A stretch of 63,793 bases of DNA from Candidatus Gastranaerophilales bacterium (GTDB taxonomy: Bacteria > Cyanobacteriota > Vampirovibrionia > Gastranaerophilales > Gastranaerophilaceae), in contig CALUYV010000001.1 in the NCBI GenBank assembly GCA_944325095.1, positions 1-63,793 on the forward strand, written 5' to 3'. Made by a program: the position numbers and the translations under genes. Below the pieces are notes generated by a model that saw nothing but the letters and a program-made list of their open reading frames with translations, was not told where the DNA came from and did no database searches. Below are positions 1 to 9,652 of the stretch, piece after piece; the stretch's first letter is position 1; every line of letters starts with the position of its first letter.

Positions 1-174
1 CGTTCAACAGCAAGACTTTGAATCGAGTTCAGGGTGACAAAAAGTGCTGGTCAGGGGGATAATTTTAACATTTCTTTAGGGTGAGTTGCGATATAAATCC
101 CTTTTTTGAACTATTGCACTTTGCGGGATTGTGTAGTTTAATAAATGTAGTCAGGTTAGTCAGGAATAGTTGTA

Positions 175-1128
175 ATGTTGGAAATTACTAAAACTCAGGA
201 TGACGGAAAGTTACAGGTTTTAAATTTGAATGAAGCGGTTTCCGGTTCATGGTTTAACCTGATTAATCCTACCAGGGAAGAAATACAGCAAGTTTCTCTG
301 GTTCTGGGATTGGATGAAAGTTTTTTAAACAATTCTCTTGACGCAGACGAGTTGTCGCGTATGGATTTTGAGGACGGTAATCTTTTAATAATTACCAATG
401 TGCCGGTTATGGATGATAAAGGTAATTTCGATACTTTGCCTCTGGGTTTAATTTTTACTCCTGAAAGTGTAATAACTGTTTGCTCGCATGAAAATAAAAT
501 TATAAATTCTTTTAATGCCGAAACAACAAAATTTTTTGATACCCGCAACAAGGCTAATTTCATGCTTAATATCCTTTTTCGGGCTGCAAAATTTTATTTG
601 AGATATTTGAATATAATAAATAAACAAACAGAAAATATTGAAAATTCATTGAAAAAAACAACTCATAATAAAGCATTATTCCAGTTGATGGAAATTCAGA
701 AATCACTGGTTTACTTTACAACCGCATTAAAAGATAATCAGTTGGTGCTGCAAAAATTATTGAGGCTTGTGCATACGGAGTCCTTGCAAAGAATTTTGAA
801 ATTCACCGAGGATGACATTGATATGCTTGAAGATGTTATTATTGAAAATAAACAGGCTGCCGAGATGGTTGAAATGCACAGAACAATTCTGGAAAGTATG
901 ATGGATTGTATGGCATCAATTATCAATAATAATCTTAACCTCGTTATGAAATTTTTGGCTGCAATTACGATTATTATGTCAATTCCGACAATGATAGGTA
1001 GTTTCTGGGGTATGAATGTACCGATTCCATTTGCACACAGTCATTTTGGATTTTTGATTGTAATTATGATATCAATTGTTGCGACATGTATTGTTGCCGT
1101 TTTCTTTAATAGAAAAGGTATGATGTAA
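175..1128 (+). CDS. corA: CorA-family Mg2+/Co2+ transporter
   Basis: 317 aa. Signature GMN motif (SFWGMNVPIPF) between two C-terminal hydrophobic helices, with a large soluble N-terminal domain. Confidence 0.85.
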   Translation: MLEITKTQDDGKLQVLNLNEAVSGSWFNLINPTREEIQQVSLVLGLDESFLNNSLDADELSRMDFEDGNLLIITNVPVMDDKGNFDTLPLGLIFTPESVITVCSHENKIINSFNAETTKFFDTRNKANFMLNILFRAAKFYLRYLNIINKQTENIENSLKKTTHNKALFQLMEIQKSLVYFTTALKDNQLVLQKLLRLVHTESLQRILKFTEDDIDMLEDVIIENKQAAEMVEMHRTILESMMDCMASIINNNLNLVMKFLAAITIIMSIPTMIGSFWGMNVPIPFAHSHFGFLIVIMISIVATCIVAVFFNRKGMM

Positions 1129-1132
1129 GTAT

Positions 1133-1990
1133 ATGCCGGCGGTTATTTTTGCGCTTTTAATAAGGATTTTTTCCAATCCGTTCGCAAATTCGCTCCAGAA
1201 AATACTGTCTGTTAAATATTCAGCAATTTTAATAAATTTATATTCGTATGCGTTTTTAAGTTTATTATGTGTTTATCCGGCGGTAAAATGTTATTCCTGG
1301 AGCGGTTATGGTATTGTTTTCTGGGAATATGTTTGTCTTGCCGGCATTTTGTGTACATTAGGTTCGGTTTGTTTGATTAAGGCATTACAATACGGTGAAA
1401 TGTCTATGTTAGGGCCGATAAATTCATATAAATGTATTGTAGGACTTCTTCTTGCGGCGGTTATGCTTGGCGAAATTCCGACAGGTGCCGAATTGTTTGG
1501 GGTTTTGTTTATTATTTCCGGCAGCTGGTATATTTTTGATACGGTTGACGGCGGTTTTAAATTTTCTCTTTTGCTGCGCAGGGATATAATTTTACGATTT
1601 GCGGCACTATTTTTTACCGGTTGTGAAGCAGTAATTTTGAAAAAGATTATTCTTATGTCATCGTTTACGGAATCGTTTATCCTGTGGTGTTTTTCGGGTT
1701 TATTGTTTTCGTTTGTTCTGATGTGGTGTTTTAAAATAAAATTTACGGTATTATCAGGCAAGAATCTTCTATATACTTTTTTTATCGCTTTGGGGCTCGG
1801 GATGATGCAGTTATCTACAAATTTCGTCTTTGATAATATGGATGTTGGTTTATCGCTTGCTTTATTCCAATTGTCCAGTATAGTTTCGGTTGTTTTCGGA
1901 TGGAAATTCTTTTGTGAAAAAAATGTCAGGAAAAAACTTTTAGGTGCTTTAATTATGATTATCGGCAGTTGTTTTATTCTTATCCGGTGA
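1133..1990 (+). CDS. DMT/EamA-family membrane transporter
   Basis: 285 aa and hydrophobic throughout with about 10 predicted helices in two similar halves. Starts 4 nt after the corA stop. Confidence 0.6.
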   Translation: MPAVIFALLIRIFSNPFANSLQKILSVKYSAILINLYSYAFLSLLCVYPAVKCYSWSGYGIVFWEYVCLAGILCTLGSVCLIKALQYGEMSMLGPINSYKCIVGLLLAAVMLGEIPTGAELFGVLFIISGSWYIFDTVDGGFKFSLLLRRDIILRFAALFFTGCEAVILKKIILMSSFTESFILWCFSGLLFSFVLMWCFKIKFTVLSGKNLLYTFFIALGLGMMQLSTNFVFDNMDVGLSLALFQLSSIVSVVFGWKFFCEKNVRKKLLGALIMIIGSCFILIR

Positions 1991-2383
1991 TTTCTCTTTC
2001 AAATAATCTTCAAATGATTTTATATTAACTTTGTAGCCGCAGCCTTCATGAAGTTTGGCGGGATAAAAAATTCGTTTGGCAGGATAATTTCTGCACATGC
2101 GCAGCCTGTGTTTATAATCCGAACATAAACCCTCCGGTGTAACAAGTTTGCAGGCAAAAATAAAATTGCCTTCTTCATCTTTTCCTTTTATATAAAATCT
2201 TTTATAGGCCGGAAAAAGTTTTTGCATAAATTTAAATTCTTCTTCCGTATAGGTATCCATACTGTACATATAGTTGCAGCATTTTCCGCATTTTTTACAA
2301 TGTCCCGTGATTTCATAAGATATTTTTTCCGGAACAAAATATGATAAATATTCATAAATTATGGATTTAATAAGTTTTAACAT
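1949..2383 (-). CDS. YkgJ-family (UPF0153) cysteine-cluster zinc/iron-binding protein
   Basis: 144 aa. Has a CKKCGKCC cluster plus further C-terminal Cys residues (CSDY, MCRNYP, EGCGY), typical of the CxxCxxCC family. Confidence 0.55.
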   Translation of the reverse strand: MLKLIKSIIYEYLSYFVPEKISYEITGHCKKCGKCCNYMYSMDTYTEEEFKFMQKLFPAYKRFYIKGKDEEGNFIFACKLVTPEGLCSDYKHRLRMCRNYPAKRIFYPAKLHEGCGYKVNIKSFEDYLKEKSPDKNKTTADNHN

Positions 2384-2461
2384 AGTCTTAATCTATTACA
2401 AAAATACATAAATTAAAGTGTTATATTTATATTATAGTTAAATTTTGTGTATAATGAAATT

Positions 2462-3124
2462 ATGAAGATAAACACAAATATCCGTTTATATGCGTGGGTA
2501 GAATTTGTAATATGGCTGTTAGTTGCGGCAGTATTAATTCTGGGGTTAAGATATCATCATCAGCAGGCGCAGAAACAATATAAACATTATCGTATTTTTA
2601 TGAGTGATGCTGACGGATTGATTGTGGGTTCTCCCGTTAAGTTTCTCGGAATCCAAATCGGGGATATCAGGCAGATTAAAATTATATCTTCCGAGGTTTA
2701 TATAGAATTTGTGGTAACTCGTAAAGATCTGGTTCTGCCTGCAGGTTCAATTGCAACGGTTGAATTTTCTGGATTGGGCGGTTCTAAAGCTCTTGAGATT
2801 TATCCGCCGTCGGAAAAATACCCTACAGATAGAATTATTGCCGTAAAAGAACCTACCAGATTGAATAAAGTTATGGGATTATTTAATGAAATCTTTAGAG
2901 ATCTGGATTCGATTTTTACCACTATGGGATATGCTTCTAACCAGTTTGCGCAGGAGGCAGACGGCTCAAGAAATGTTGTAATGCCGGTTTCGCAGGAAAG
3001 AGGCCTCAGCAATATTAACAAAACCATTGATATGATTATGGATACTAAAGAGAATTTTATGAAAAATTTTGATAAAGAAGGGAAGCCAAAAAATGAACAA
3101 GAGCAATGTGAGGATAATAAATAA
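2462..3124 (+). CDS. MlaD/MCE-domain protein
   Basis: N-terminal TM helix followed by an MCE-like core (GLIVGSPVKFLGIQIGDIRQIKI). The ORF track starts at GTG 2447; I prefer ATG 2462, which lies 6 nt after a TATAAT box. No mlaE/mlaF genes are adjacent. Confidence 0.55.
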   Translation: MKINTNIRLYAWVEFVIWLLVAAVLILGLRYHHQQAQKQYKHYRIFMSDADGLIVGSPVKFLGIQIGDIRQIKIISSEVYIEFVVTRKDLVLPAGSIATVEFSGLGGSKALEIYPPSEKYPTDRIIAVKEPTRLNKVMGLFNEIFRDLDSIFTTMGYASNQFAQEADGSRNVVMPVSQERGLSNINKTIDMIMDTKENFMKNFDKEGKPKNEQEQCEDNK

Positions 3125-3743
3125 TCCTGTAGTATTACTGAATTTATGCACAATGCGTGATAAAAATACTGATAGTCAGGGTGTTCGGATTGCTACAAGA
3201 AAAATTACAAGATGTTTATTATACGAAGCGGCTAAGAATTTACCGCTTGTAGAAAAAGAAGTTACAACACCGTTAGCAACTTTTAAGGCAAAAACGGTTG
3301 ATCCTGATATAAATTTAATTATTTCTCCTATATTGAGAGCAGGTTTAATTTTTACGGATGAGGCAATTGATATTTTGCCGCAGGCAACAATTCGTCATAT
3401 TGGTATGTATCGTGATGAAAAAACTTTAAAACCGGTCTGGTATTACAATAAAGTTCCTATGAATGCTGATAATCCGGAAAAATTTTATATTTATATTACA
3501 GACCCGATGCTTGCTACAGGAAATTCGCTGCTTGCTGCTATTGATCTTTATGCAGGTAAAGGCATTCCGGTAAGCAACATAAAATGCGTATGTATTATTG
3601 CAGCACCGGAAGGAATTGAGAATATTCAGAAACATTATCCGGATATTGAAATTATTACGGCTGCTGTTGATGAGCATCTTAATGAAAAAGGCTATATTGT
3701 TCCCGGTATGGGCGATGCCGGTGATAGAATTTTTAATACTTAA
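3093..3743 (+). CDS. upp: uracil phosphoribosyltransferase
   Basis: Full-length similarity to Upp as I recall it: PILRAGL, ITDPMLATGNS (PRPP loop) and the C-terminal GYIVPGMGDAGDRIFNT. The start is moved to the Met that aligns with Upp N-termini. Confidence 0.9.
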   Translation: MNKSNVRIINNPVVLLNLCTMRDKNTDSQGVRIATRKITRCLLYEAAKNLPLVEKEVTTPLATFKAKTVDPDINLIISPILRAGLIFTDEAIDILPQATIRHIGMYRDEKTLKPVWYYNKVPMNADNPEKFYIYITDPMLATGNSLLAAIDLYAGKGIPVSNIKCVCIIAAPEGIENIQKHYPDIEIITAAVDEHLNEKGYIVPGMGDAGDRIFNT

Positions 3744-3848
3744 TCCGTTAACTGTTAAGAATTGTTACAAAAGAAAATTGGGAATTAAAGTTTAATATCT
3801 TTTTTGCCGTTTAGTGGCATGTGTGTAATTAAATAAGGAGATACATTC

Positions 3849-5540
3849 ATGTCTGTGCAATCAACAAGTCAAATTTCAGGGGCTAAATCAGGTAATAAGG
3901 CAAAGAATACAGACAGACCTGTTCAAATAACGGTTAAAAAAGGTGATACAATATCTTCACTTGCAAAAAAATTCGGTATGAAGCCGGAGGAATTTAAAAA
4001 ATGGGTCGGGTTGAACAGCAATACACTAAAATTGGGCGCAAAGATTGATTTACCGCATGATACAGTTCCTGACGGCAAAGGGATATATGCACTGATTAAA
4101 AAATATAATATGACTCTTGAAGAGTTTGGAAAATTGAATAATCTTCCTGCTCCGTATAATGAATATAGTGCCTCCAAAGGTGAAAAGTTTTATGTTAAAA
4201 ATAACAAGGTTTCTGATTCATCTTCTGACAGCAAAAAACACACCCCTAAAGAACTGGCTGATGAGATATACAAAGGTTCCAGAAAAATTGGTGCTGTCGG
4301 TAAAGAATCTTTTGATTCTTTGATTGCGGAGATAAATTCCGGCAATGTTGAGGCGGTTTTAAAGGCATATACTAAAAAAGAAAGTCTTATAAATACTATA
4401 ACAAGTGAAATTATGAGTAAAAAGCAGGCAAGAGAAGATGCGGTTATGCATGTTTATGATGCCCTTGCAAAGGCAAAAGGCACGCCTGCTGCAAACAGAG
4501 AAGAATTTTATAATGAACTGCACAGGCAGTTGTATGATGTTTGGGGCATGGCAAGCACCAAAAAACTCGATAAAATGATAGAAGAAATGCTGGATTCAAA
4601 ATCTGCAAGAGCTTCCCGCAGCGGGGCGGCTTCCGGTGTGAAAACAGTTGACAGAAGAAAGGTTACTGTAACTAATAAAAAGGGTGTTTCTAAAACATAT
4701 ACGGTATCAGAACTTCAAAGAGGTGCGATATCTTCTGCCAAAGATGAAGTGTATAAGTATTTTAAAACCTACTGCAAGAATAATAATATTAAGTATGATA
4801 AAGATTTACTTGATTGTACTCCTATAGAGCGAATTCCGGCTCCTGTCATTAAAGACGGAAAGGTTGTTATGGAAGAATCTGAACTTCTCCGGCCTACAAC
4901 AAAACCGAACGGCAAAGTAATAATCTTGAATGCAGGTCATGGCGGATATAGTTCAAGATCAGGATACTTTGACCCCGGCTCATACAGTTTTATCAGAAAA
5001 GCAAACGGCAAATATGCTCCGTTATTGGAATATGAAAAAGCAAAAATTTATGCAGAATCTACAGCTGATAAATTAAGACAGCAGGGTTATGCGGTTGTAA
5101 TAACTTCCGGTCATTCTGAAACCATGGCGGATAAAGCATCAATGAGAAATCTTGTTAAATCGCTTAATAACGGTACAAAAGGTTCGCAAAAATATGACAA
5201 AGACGATATTATGATGATTTCTTTGCATGCGGATTCCATGCCGGGAGCGACCGGTTCAGGGGTATGTTTTCAGCCAGGGACAGAGGATGATACCATTTTA
5301 AAAGATATCATGCTTGAAACGCTTAAGCAGGATAACTGGATAGCGGCTGAGGAATATGAACGTGTCTGGGGTAAAAATGGTGTCGGAATTTTAAACCAGA
5401 CAAAAGACATTCCTTCCGTATTGCTGGAAATAGAATATGTTAACGGTTCAAAATGTAAGAATTTGGATTCTGCTGCTTATCAGGCAAGATTTGAAACCCA
5501 AATGATAAAAGCTATTAACGAGTATTTTAACAGAAATTAA
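3849..5540 (+). CDS. LysM-domain N-acetylmuramoyl-L-alanine amidase (Amidase_3 type)
   Basis: N-terminal LysM-like repeats (VKKGDTISSLAKKFGM..., YALIKKYNMTLEEFGKLN). C-terminal amidase motifs LNAGHGG...DPG, ISLHADS and LLEIEYVN. AAGGAG SD before the ATG. Confidence 0.8.
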   Translation: MSVQSTSQISGAKSGNKAKNTDRPVQITVKKGDTISSLAKKFGMKPEEFKKWVGLNSNTLKLGAKIDLPHDTVPDGKGIYALIKKYNMTLEEFGKLNNLPAPYNEYSASKGEKFYVKNNKVSDSSSDSKKHTPKELADEIYKGSRKIGAVGKESFDSLIAEINSGNVEAVLKAYTKKESLINTITSEIMSKKQAREDAVMHVYDALAKAKGTPAANREEFYNELHRQLYDVWGMASTKKLDKMIEEMLDSKSARASRSGAASGVKTVDRRKVTVTNKKGVSKTYTVSELQRGAISSAKDEVYKYFKTYCKNNNIKYDKDLLDCTPIERIPAPVIKDGKVVMEESELLRPTTKPNGKVIILNAGHGGYSSRSGYFDPGSYSFIRKANGKYAPLLEYEKAKIYAESTADKLRQQGYAVVITSGHSETMADKASMRNLVKSLNNGTKGSQKYDKDDIMMISLHADSMPGATGSGVCFQPGTEDDTILKDIMLETLKQDNWIAAEEYERVWGKNGVGILNQTKDIPSVLLEIEYVNGSKCKNLDSAAYQARFETQMIKAINEYFNRN

Positions 5541-5555
5541 AGGTAAATAAAATAT

Positions 5556-6635
5556 ATGGATTGGCTATTAAATCTTTTTCAAAGTATAAAAACAAAAATA
5601 TCTCAATGGACATCATCAGATACTCCAGATGTTAAATCAAAACAAAAGGTTAAGCAGCCGTTGTTTAACAATGATAAAAAGAAAACGACAGAGCCTAACG
5701 AAATTTCTATGATGACTGAGATTTCTGATGAGCAGATTCAAACTAATAATCTTCGCTCAAAATACATTACAACCGTTAAAAATCCGGATCATCGAGTCAA
5801 GAAAAATGAAAATCCCGAAGTGATTGCAAAAAAATACGGAGTTACTACCCGTGCACTTCTTGCGGCAAATAATCTGGACGAACAATCCGCTCAGAAGATA
5901 CAGGTCGGACAGGTGTTAAAAATTCCGCCTTCGCGCAGGGTCAAAAATGTTAATAATTTATCGGATATTGCAAACGCAATGGGTGTAAGCGTTGATTTTA
6001 TAAAGAAGTTGAAAAAAGCAGAAGATAGTGCGCATCTTCCGGAAAAATCTTTCCATAACACTCCATATCTTGATGAGAATGGTGTTAAAACAATTGGTAT
6101 AGGGCATAAAGTTCTTCCCGGAGATAAAACAAAATTAACAAATGCCGAAGTTTGTACACTTTGTGCTCAGGATTTACTTAAAGCGGAAGAGCATTTAACT
6201 CTTTTACTCGGAGGTCAAAAATACTATGACAGAATTCCGCAGGCATTAAAAGAGAGCGTTCTTGATTTAACCTTCAATAAAGGTGTTATTGATGATGACA
6301 GTTTTAAAGGCTTGATATACTGTTTGAAAAACTGCAAATGGGAAGCTGCTGTTAATAAATTGACCTTTAATAAATCCATAAAAACAGGCGAGGAGATGAG
6401 CGGACTGAATAAACGCAGGTTGTTTGATATTTCGCTTGCAACAAAGATGTACGGCAAAAATATTCCGCAGTCCAATATAAATACAGCCCAGCATGTCTAT
6501 AACAGAGGTGTCGAACTCCTAAGGGCCGAGTGTCAAAGAAAAAATTTGAATTTTGCAAATCAACTTGCCGGCTATAATCAAGATGTGCAGAGTTATTTTG
6601 GAAACCGGTTAAAATTAAAACTTATAACAAAGTAA
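5556..6635 (+). CDS. LysM-domain GH24 (T4/lambda-type) lysozyme-like muramidase
   Basis: LysM segment (VKKNENPEVIAKKYGVTTRALLAANNL...GQVLKIP). It is followed by EKSFHNTPYLDENGVKTIGIGH, which resembles the E-x(8-10)-D-x5-T-IGxGH catalytic region of phage-type lysozymes. Confidence 0.6.
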   Translation: MDWLLNLFQSIKTKISQWTSSDTPDVKSKQKVKQPLFNNDKKKTTEPNEISMMTEISDEQIQTNNLRSKYITTVKNPDHRVKKNENPEVIAKKYGVTTRALLAANNLDEQSAQKIQVGQVLKIPPSRRVKNVNNLSDIANAMGVSVDFIKKLKKAEDSAHLPEKSFHNTPYLDENGVKTIGIGHKVLPGDKTKLTNAEVCTLCAQDLLKAEEHLTLLLGGQKYYDRIPQALKESVLDLTFNKGVIDDDSFKGLIYCLKNCKWEAAVNKLTFNKSIKTGEEMSGLNKRRLFDISLATKMYGKNIPQSNINTAQHVYNRGVELLRAECQRKNLNFANQLAGYNQDVQSYFGNRLKLKLITK

Positions 6636-7578
6636 CTACTTCTCCGATTTTGTCACCGTGAAGTGTTGTAATATCATGTGATAAATCAATTTTTGCCCAG
6701 TTCAAATTATTGATTAAGTCTATTGTAACAAATTCTCTTGCCTGCATATTTGAGTCGCATATTTTGACGACAAAACCTTCTTCAAGTTCTGTATTTATTA
6801 CTATACAAAGACCTTCTGCTCCGACTTTGGCAATCAGGTTATCGGAGTTTGCAATAATTTTTGTATCGGTTCTGTTTTCTCCGCCGATTTCGTAGGCATG
6901 ATTTAAAAATGCGTTTTTAATTCTTGCATATTTCGGGTTTGAAAACAAATTAAGATACCCTTTAACCATATTTTCAAGCGGCATAGAATATATCGGCACT
7001 CCGCATCCGTCTTTTGTTGCCGGATATTCGGTTTTTAGTTCGCAAAGTTCATATATTTTGCGTTTGATTTCTTTTTGCAGCGGATGGTTAATACTGTCAT
7101 AATTATCCATATCCCAGTCATTTATTTTGCATAAACCGAGCATCATTGCGTGTTTTCCGGAACAGTTGTTGTGAATTGCACCGGGCAGTGTATTTGTTTT
7201 CAAAAGTTCTTCTTGCGCGGTTTTTGATATTGGCTGCTGTATTCCGCATTTCAGTTTTTTACTGCTTATTCCGAATTTATCAAGAAGATTTTGTACAAGA
7301 TTGATATGTACTTTTTCGCCGGCATGGGATGCTGCACAAATGGCAATTTCTTTATCGGACATATCAAAATTTTTGTCCAGTTCATAATCAATTAAGAGTG
7401 ATGCTTGCAGCGGTTTTGCGCAAGATCTGGTATAAAACGGATACTGTTTGTCATCTCCGATTTTTTCGATCACGCGGTATTTGTCGCATCTTACAACATA
7501 TCCGAAGTGTTCTCTTTCGATTAAGCCTTCACGGTTGAATATAACAAGTTTTGCCGGTTCTGTATTTTTATTTATCAT
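6622..7578 (-). CDS. asparaginase II-family (Rhizobium-type L-asparaginase-like) protein
   Basis: 318 aa. Motifs SCAKPLQA, ICAASHAGE, NCSGKHAMML and DGCGVP are characteristic of the asparaginase_II family. Confidence 0.7.
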   Translation of the reverse strand: MINKNTEPAKLVIFNREGLIEREHFGYVVRCDKYRVIEKIGDDKQYPFYTRSCAKPLQASLLIDYELDKNFDMSDKEIAICAASHAGEKVHINLVQNLLDKFGISSKKLKCGIQQPISKTAQEELLKTNTLPGAIHNNCSGKHAMMLGLCKINDWDMDNYDSINHPLQKEIKRKIYELCELKTEYPATKDGCGVPIYSMPLENMVKGYLNLFSNPKYARIKNAFLNHAYEIGGENRTDTKIIANSDNLIAKVGAEGLCIVINTELEEGFVVKICDSNMQAREFVTIDLINNLNWAKIDLSHDITTLHGDKIGEVVTLL

Positions 7579-8317
7579 TTGTTTTCACCATTAATAATAA
7601 CTGATTTAACTGTGTTTTGAGTTTTTTATTTTCTGATTTTAAATCTTCTATTTCTTTTTGATATTTATCTTCTGTTTTAGCGTACTGTTGTATGCTTTCA
7701 GGGATTTCATTATGATCAATAATAAATCTTTTTTTGGAATCTTCTTTAAATTCAAAAAGATTTTCTATATATTGTTTCTCTGCAAATCCCGAATCAACAA
7801 GAATTTGTCCGAATTTTCTGCCTGCTTTTGCAACATTATCAATATCAACAGATTTGGATAACTGTTCTTTTGTAATAATATTTCCGGCTGATAAAAATTC
7901 TCCTGTTCGAGTTTTTCCCGCAAGAAAATCTGCCAGATTTAATATTGAAGAATTTTCAGGTTTTTCTATAAAGCCCGAATCAAGACAAAGCAAAAAGTAT
8001 GAAGAAACTTCTTCAAGGGTCAAATATGTATCCATTGAAATTTCGCAGAGGCTGAAGCCTTTTTTTATCAGTTCCAGAATATTGTAAAGATTTCTGTCAA
8101 AGACTGTTTTATTGGAATCCAGTTCGCAATTCCCCTTATAAGTAAGGATTGGTCTGTATGTTGTGTAAAGATATATAAGATTGTTTGTATTATTTCCCGC
8201 AATTTCTTTGGATAAGATAATTTTTATCCAGGACGGGAATTTGGATATTTTCCCCAAAAACTGATTAAAATTTCTGCGATTCACGGTTTTATTCCTCAGA
8301 CATTGGAATATTACCAT
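7568..8317 (-). CDS. hypothetical protein with GspE-N/MshEN-like segment and C-terminal coiled coil
   Basis: 249 aa. The segment RTGEFLSAGNIITKEQLSKSV...RKFGQILVDSGFAEKQYIENL resembles the tandem RLGxxLVxxGLIxxxxL repeats of T2SS-E N-terminal domains. The K/E-rich tail is coiled-coil-like. Overlaps the downstream asparaginase-like gene by 11 nt. Confidence 0.4.
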   Translation of the reverse strand: MVIFQCLRNKTVNRRNFNQFLGKISKFPSWIKIILSKEIAGNNTNNLIYLYTTYRPILTYKGNCELDSNKTVFDRNLYNILELIKKGFSLCEISMDTYLTLEEVSSYFLLCLDSGFIEKPENSSILNLADFLAGKTRTGEFLSAGNIITKEQLSKSVDIDNVAKAGRKFGQILVDSGFAEKQYIENLFEFKEDSKKRFIIDHNEIPESIQQYAKTEDKYQKEIEDLKSENKKLKTQLNQLLLMVKTNDK

Positions 8318-8419
8318 TAATTCTCATTTTCTTCAAGTTATTTAGATATTAAGTTGGTTGATTAATTTTTTTAACATATATAATATAATGTATAGAAGTA
8401 TAATAATGGAGAGAAGTAA

Positions 8420-9652
8420 ATGGAAAAAGATAATGCTCAGTTAACAAAAACTATTATAATATCGGTTCTTGTTTTAGTCGGTGTAATTGTAACTATTGAT
8501 TTGGCTTATATTTATTATCAGGCTAATTTCAATCAATATGCCCTGCCGAGTTTTTGTTCTGTTAATGAATTGGTTGATTGTGACGGTGTTGCAAGAACGA
8601 CCGAATCCCAGTTTTTAGGTGTGCCTTTAGCGTACTGGGGTTTATTTTTGTATTCATTCATAATTATGCTGTTGAGTGTTGATGTGTTGAAAAAATTTCC
8701 GTTGTTGAAGTTTTTGGAAGTATTTAAAAATAAATTCCATTATATTGCATCATTAGGACTTATTTCATTTACTATATCAATGATTTTATTATGTGTAAGT
8801 CTGTTTGGAATCCATAAGATTTGCGTTATGTGTGCTGTTACATACTTTTTGAATCTTTTAATCGGTTTTGTTGCAGTCAGAGGTATCAAAGGCGGATTTA
8901 TCGGAGCAATCAAACAGAGTTGGTTAGATTTTGTTGACGCTTTGAAACCAATCCCGTATAGAGTTGCTTTTGTACTTGTTATGCTTTGTGCTGCCGGCTT
9001 TCTCGGCTGGACATATACAACCGCAATTTTTTCTCCTTCTTTGAAATCATATAGAGCACTTGGAGAATTTATTGAAGCAAAAACCAATAAATATGCGGTA
9101 AAAGGCAACCTGCTCGGGTCAGATGCTGAAGATGCTATTGTTGTCAAGGTTTATTCCGATTATATGTGTCCTATGTGTAATGTATTCAATATGATGATTC
9201 ATAAACTTGTAACAGAATTTAGTAATGTTCGAATTGAACATCACAGCCTTCCGCTTGATCAGGAATGTAATCCGTTTTTACGCCAGCCGTTCCACCATGG
9301 TTCATGCGATATGGCAAGATATGCCGAAGCTGCTTCTAAACAGGGTAAATTCTGGGAAGTTAATTCTTTGTTCTTTGAACAAAAACCTCAAAGCGAAGAA
9401 GAAATTATAAAACTTCTCAAGGAATCAGGGTTCGGACTTGATATGGAACAATTGAAAAAAGATGCGGCTAATCCTGAAATAATGGTGCAAATCCAAGAAG
9501 ATATTAAAAGTGCCGTTGCAAAAAATCAAATGGGAACTCCGGCAATTGTTATCGGAGATAAGTTTGAAATGGGTATTCCGCGCGGCGGCTATCCGGTATT
9601 GAAGAAAATGGTGAAAGAAAATGGAGGAAAACCAAAACATAAATTCTTCTAA
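8420..9652 (+). CDS. vitamin K epoxide reductase (VKOR) fused to a thioredoxin/DsbA-like domain
   Basis: N-terminal 4-5 TM region with loop cysteines (CSVNELVDC) and a CVMC redox motif. The C-terminal soluble domain has a CPMC motif. Confidence 0.75.
   Translation: MEKDNAQLTKTIIISVLVLVGVIVTIDLAYIYYQANFNQYALPSFCSVNELVDCDGVARTTESQFLGVPLAYWGLFLYSFIIMLLSVDVLKKFPLLKFLEVFKNKFHYIASLGLISFTISMILLCVSLFGIHKICVMCAVTYFLNLLIGFVAVRGIKGGFIGAIKQSWLDFVDALKPIPYRVAFVLVMLCAAGFLGWTYTTAIFSPSLKSYRALGEFIEAKTNKYAVKGNLLGSDAEDAIVVKVYSDYMCPMCNVFNMMIHKLVTEFSNVRIEHHSLPLDQECNPFLRQPFHHGSCDMARYAEAASKQGKFWEVNSLFFEQKPQSEEEIIKLLKESGFGLDMEQLKKDAANPEIMVQIQEDIKSAVAKNQMGTPAIVIGDKFEMGIPRGGYPVLKKMVKENGGKPKHKFF

Noticed and set aside
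74-85. ctttagggtgag upstream of corA resembles the GUUAGGUGAGG start of the Mg2+-sensing M-box riboswitch.
   Set aside because: Only about 90 nt remain before the corA ATG, whereas an M-box aptamer needs about 160 nt. I could not find the other conserved M-box segments. This is probably a chance match in a promoter or 5' UTR region.
3849-6635. The LysM amidase plus phage-type lysozyme as a prophage lysis cassette.
   Set aside because: There is no holin, portal, terminase, tail or integrase gene and no att-like repeat in the flanks. The neighbours are upp and an asparaginase-like gene.
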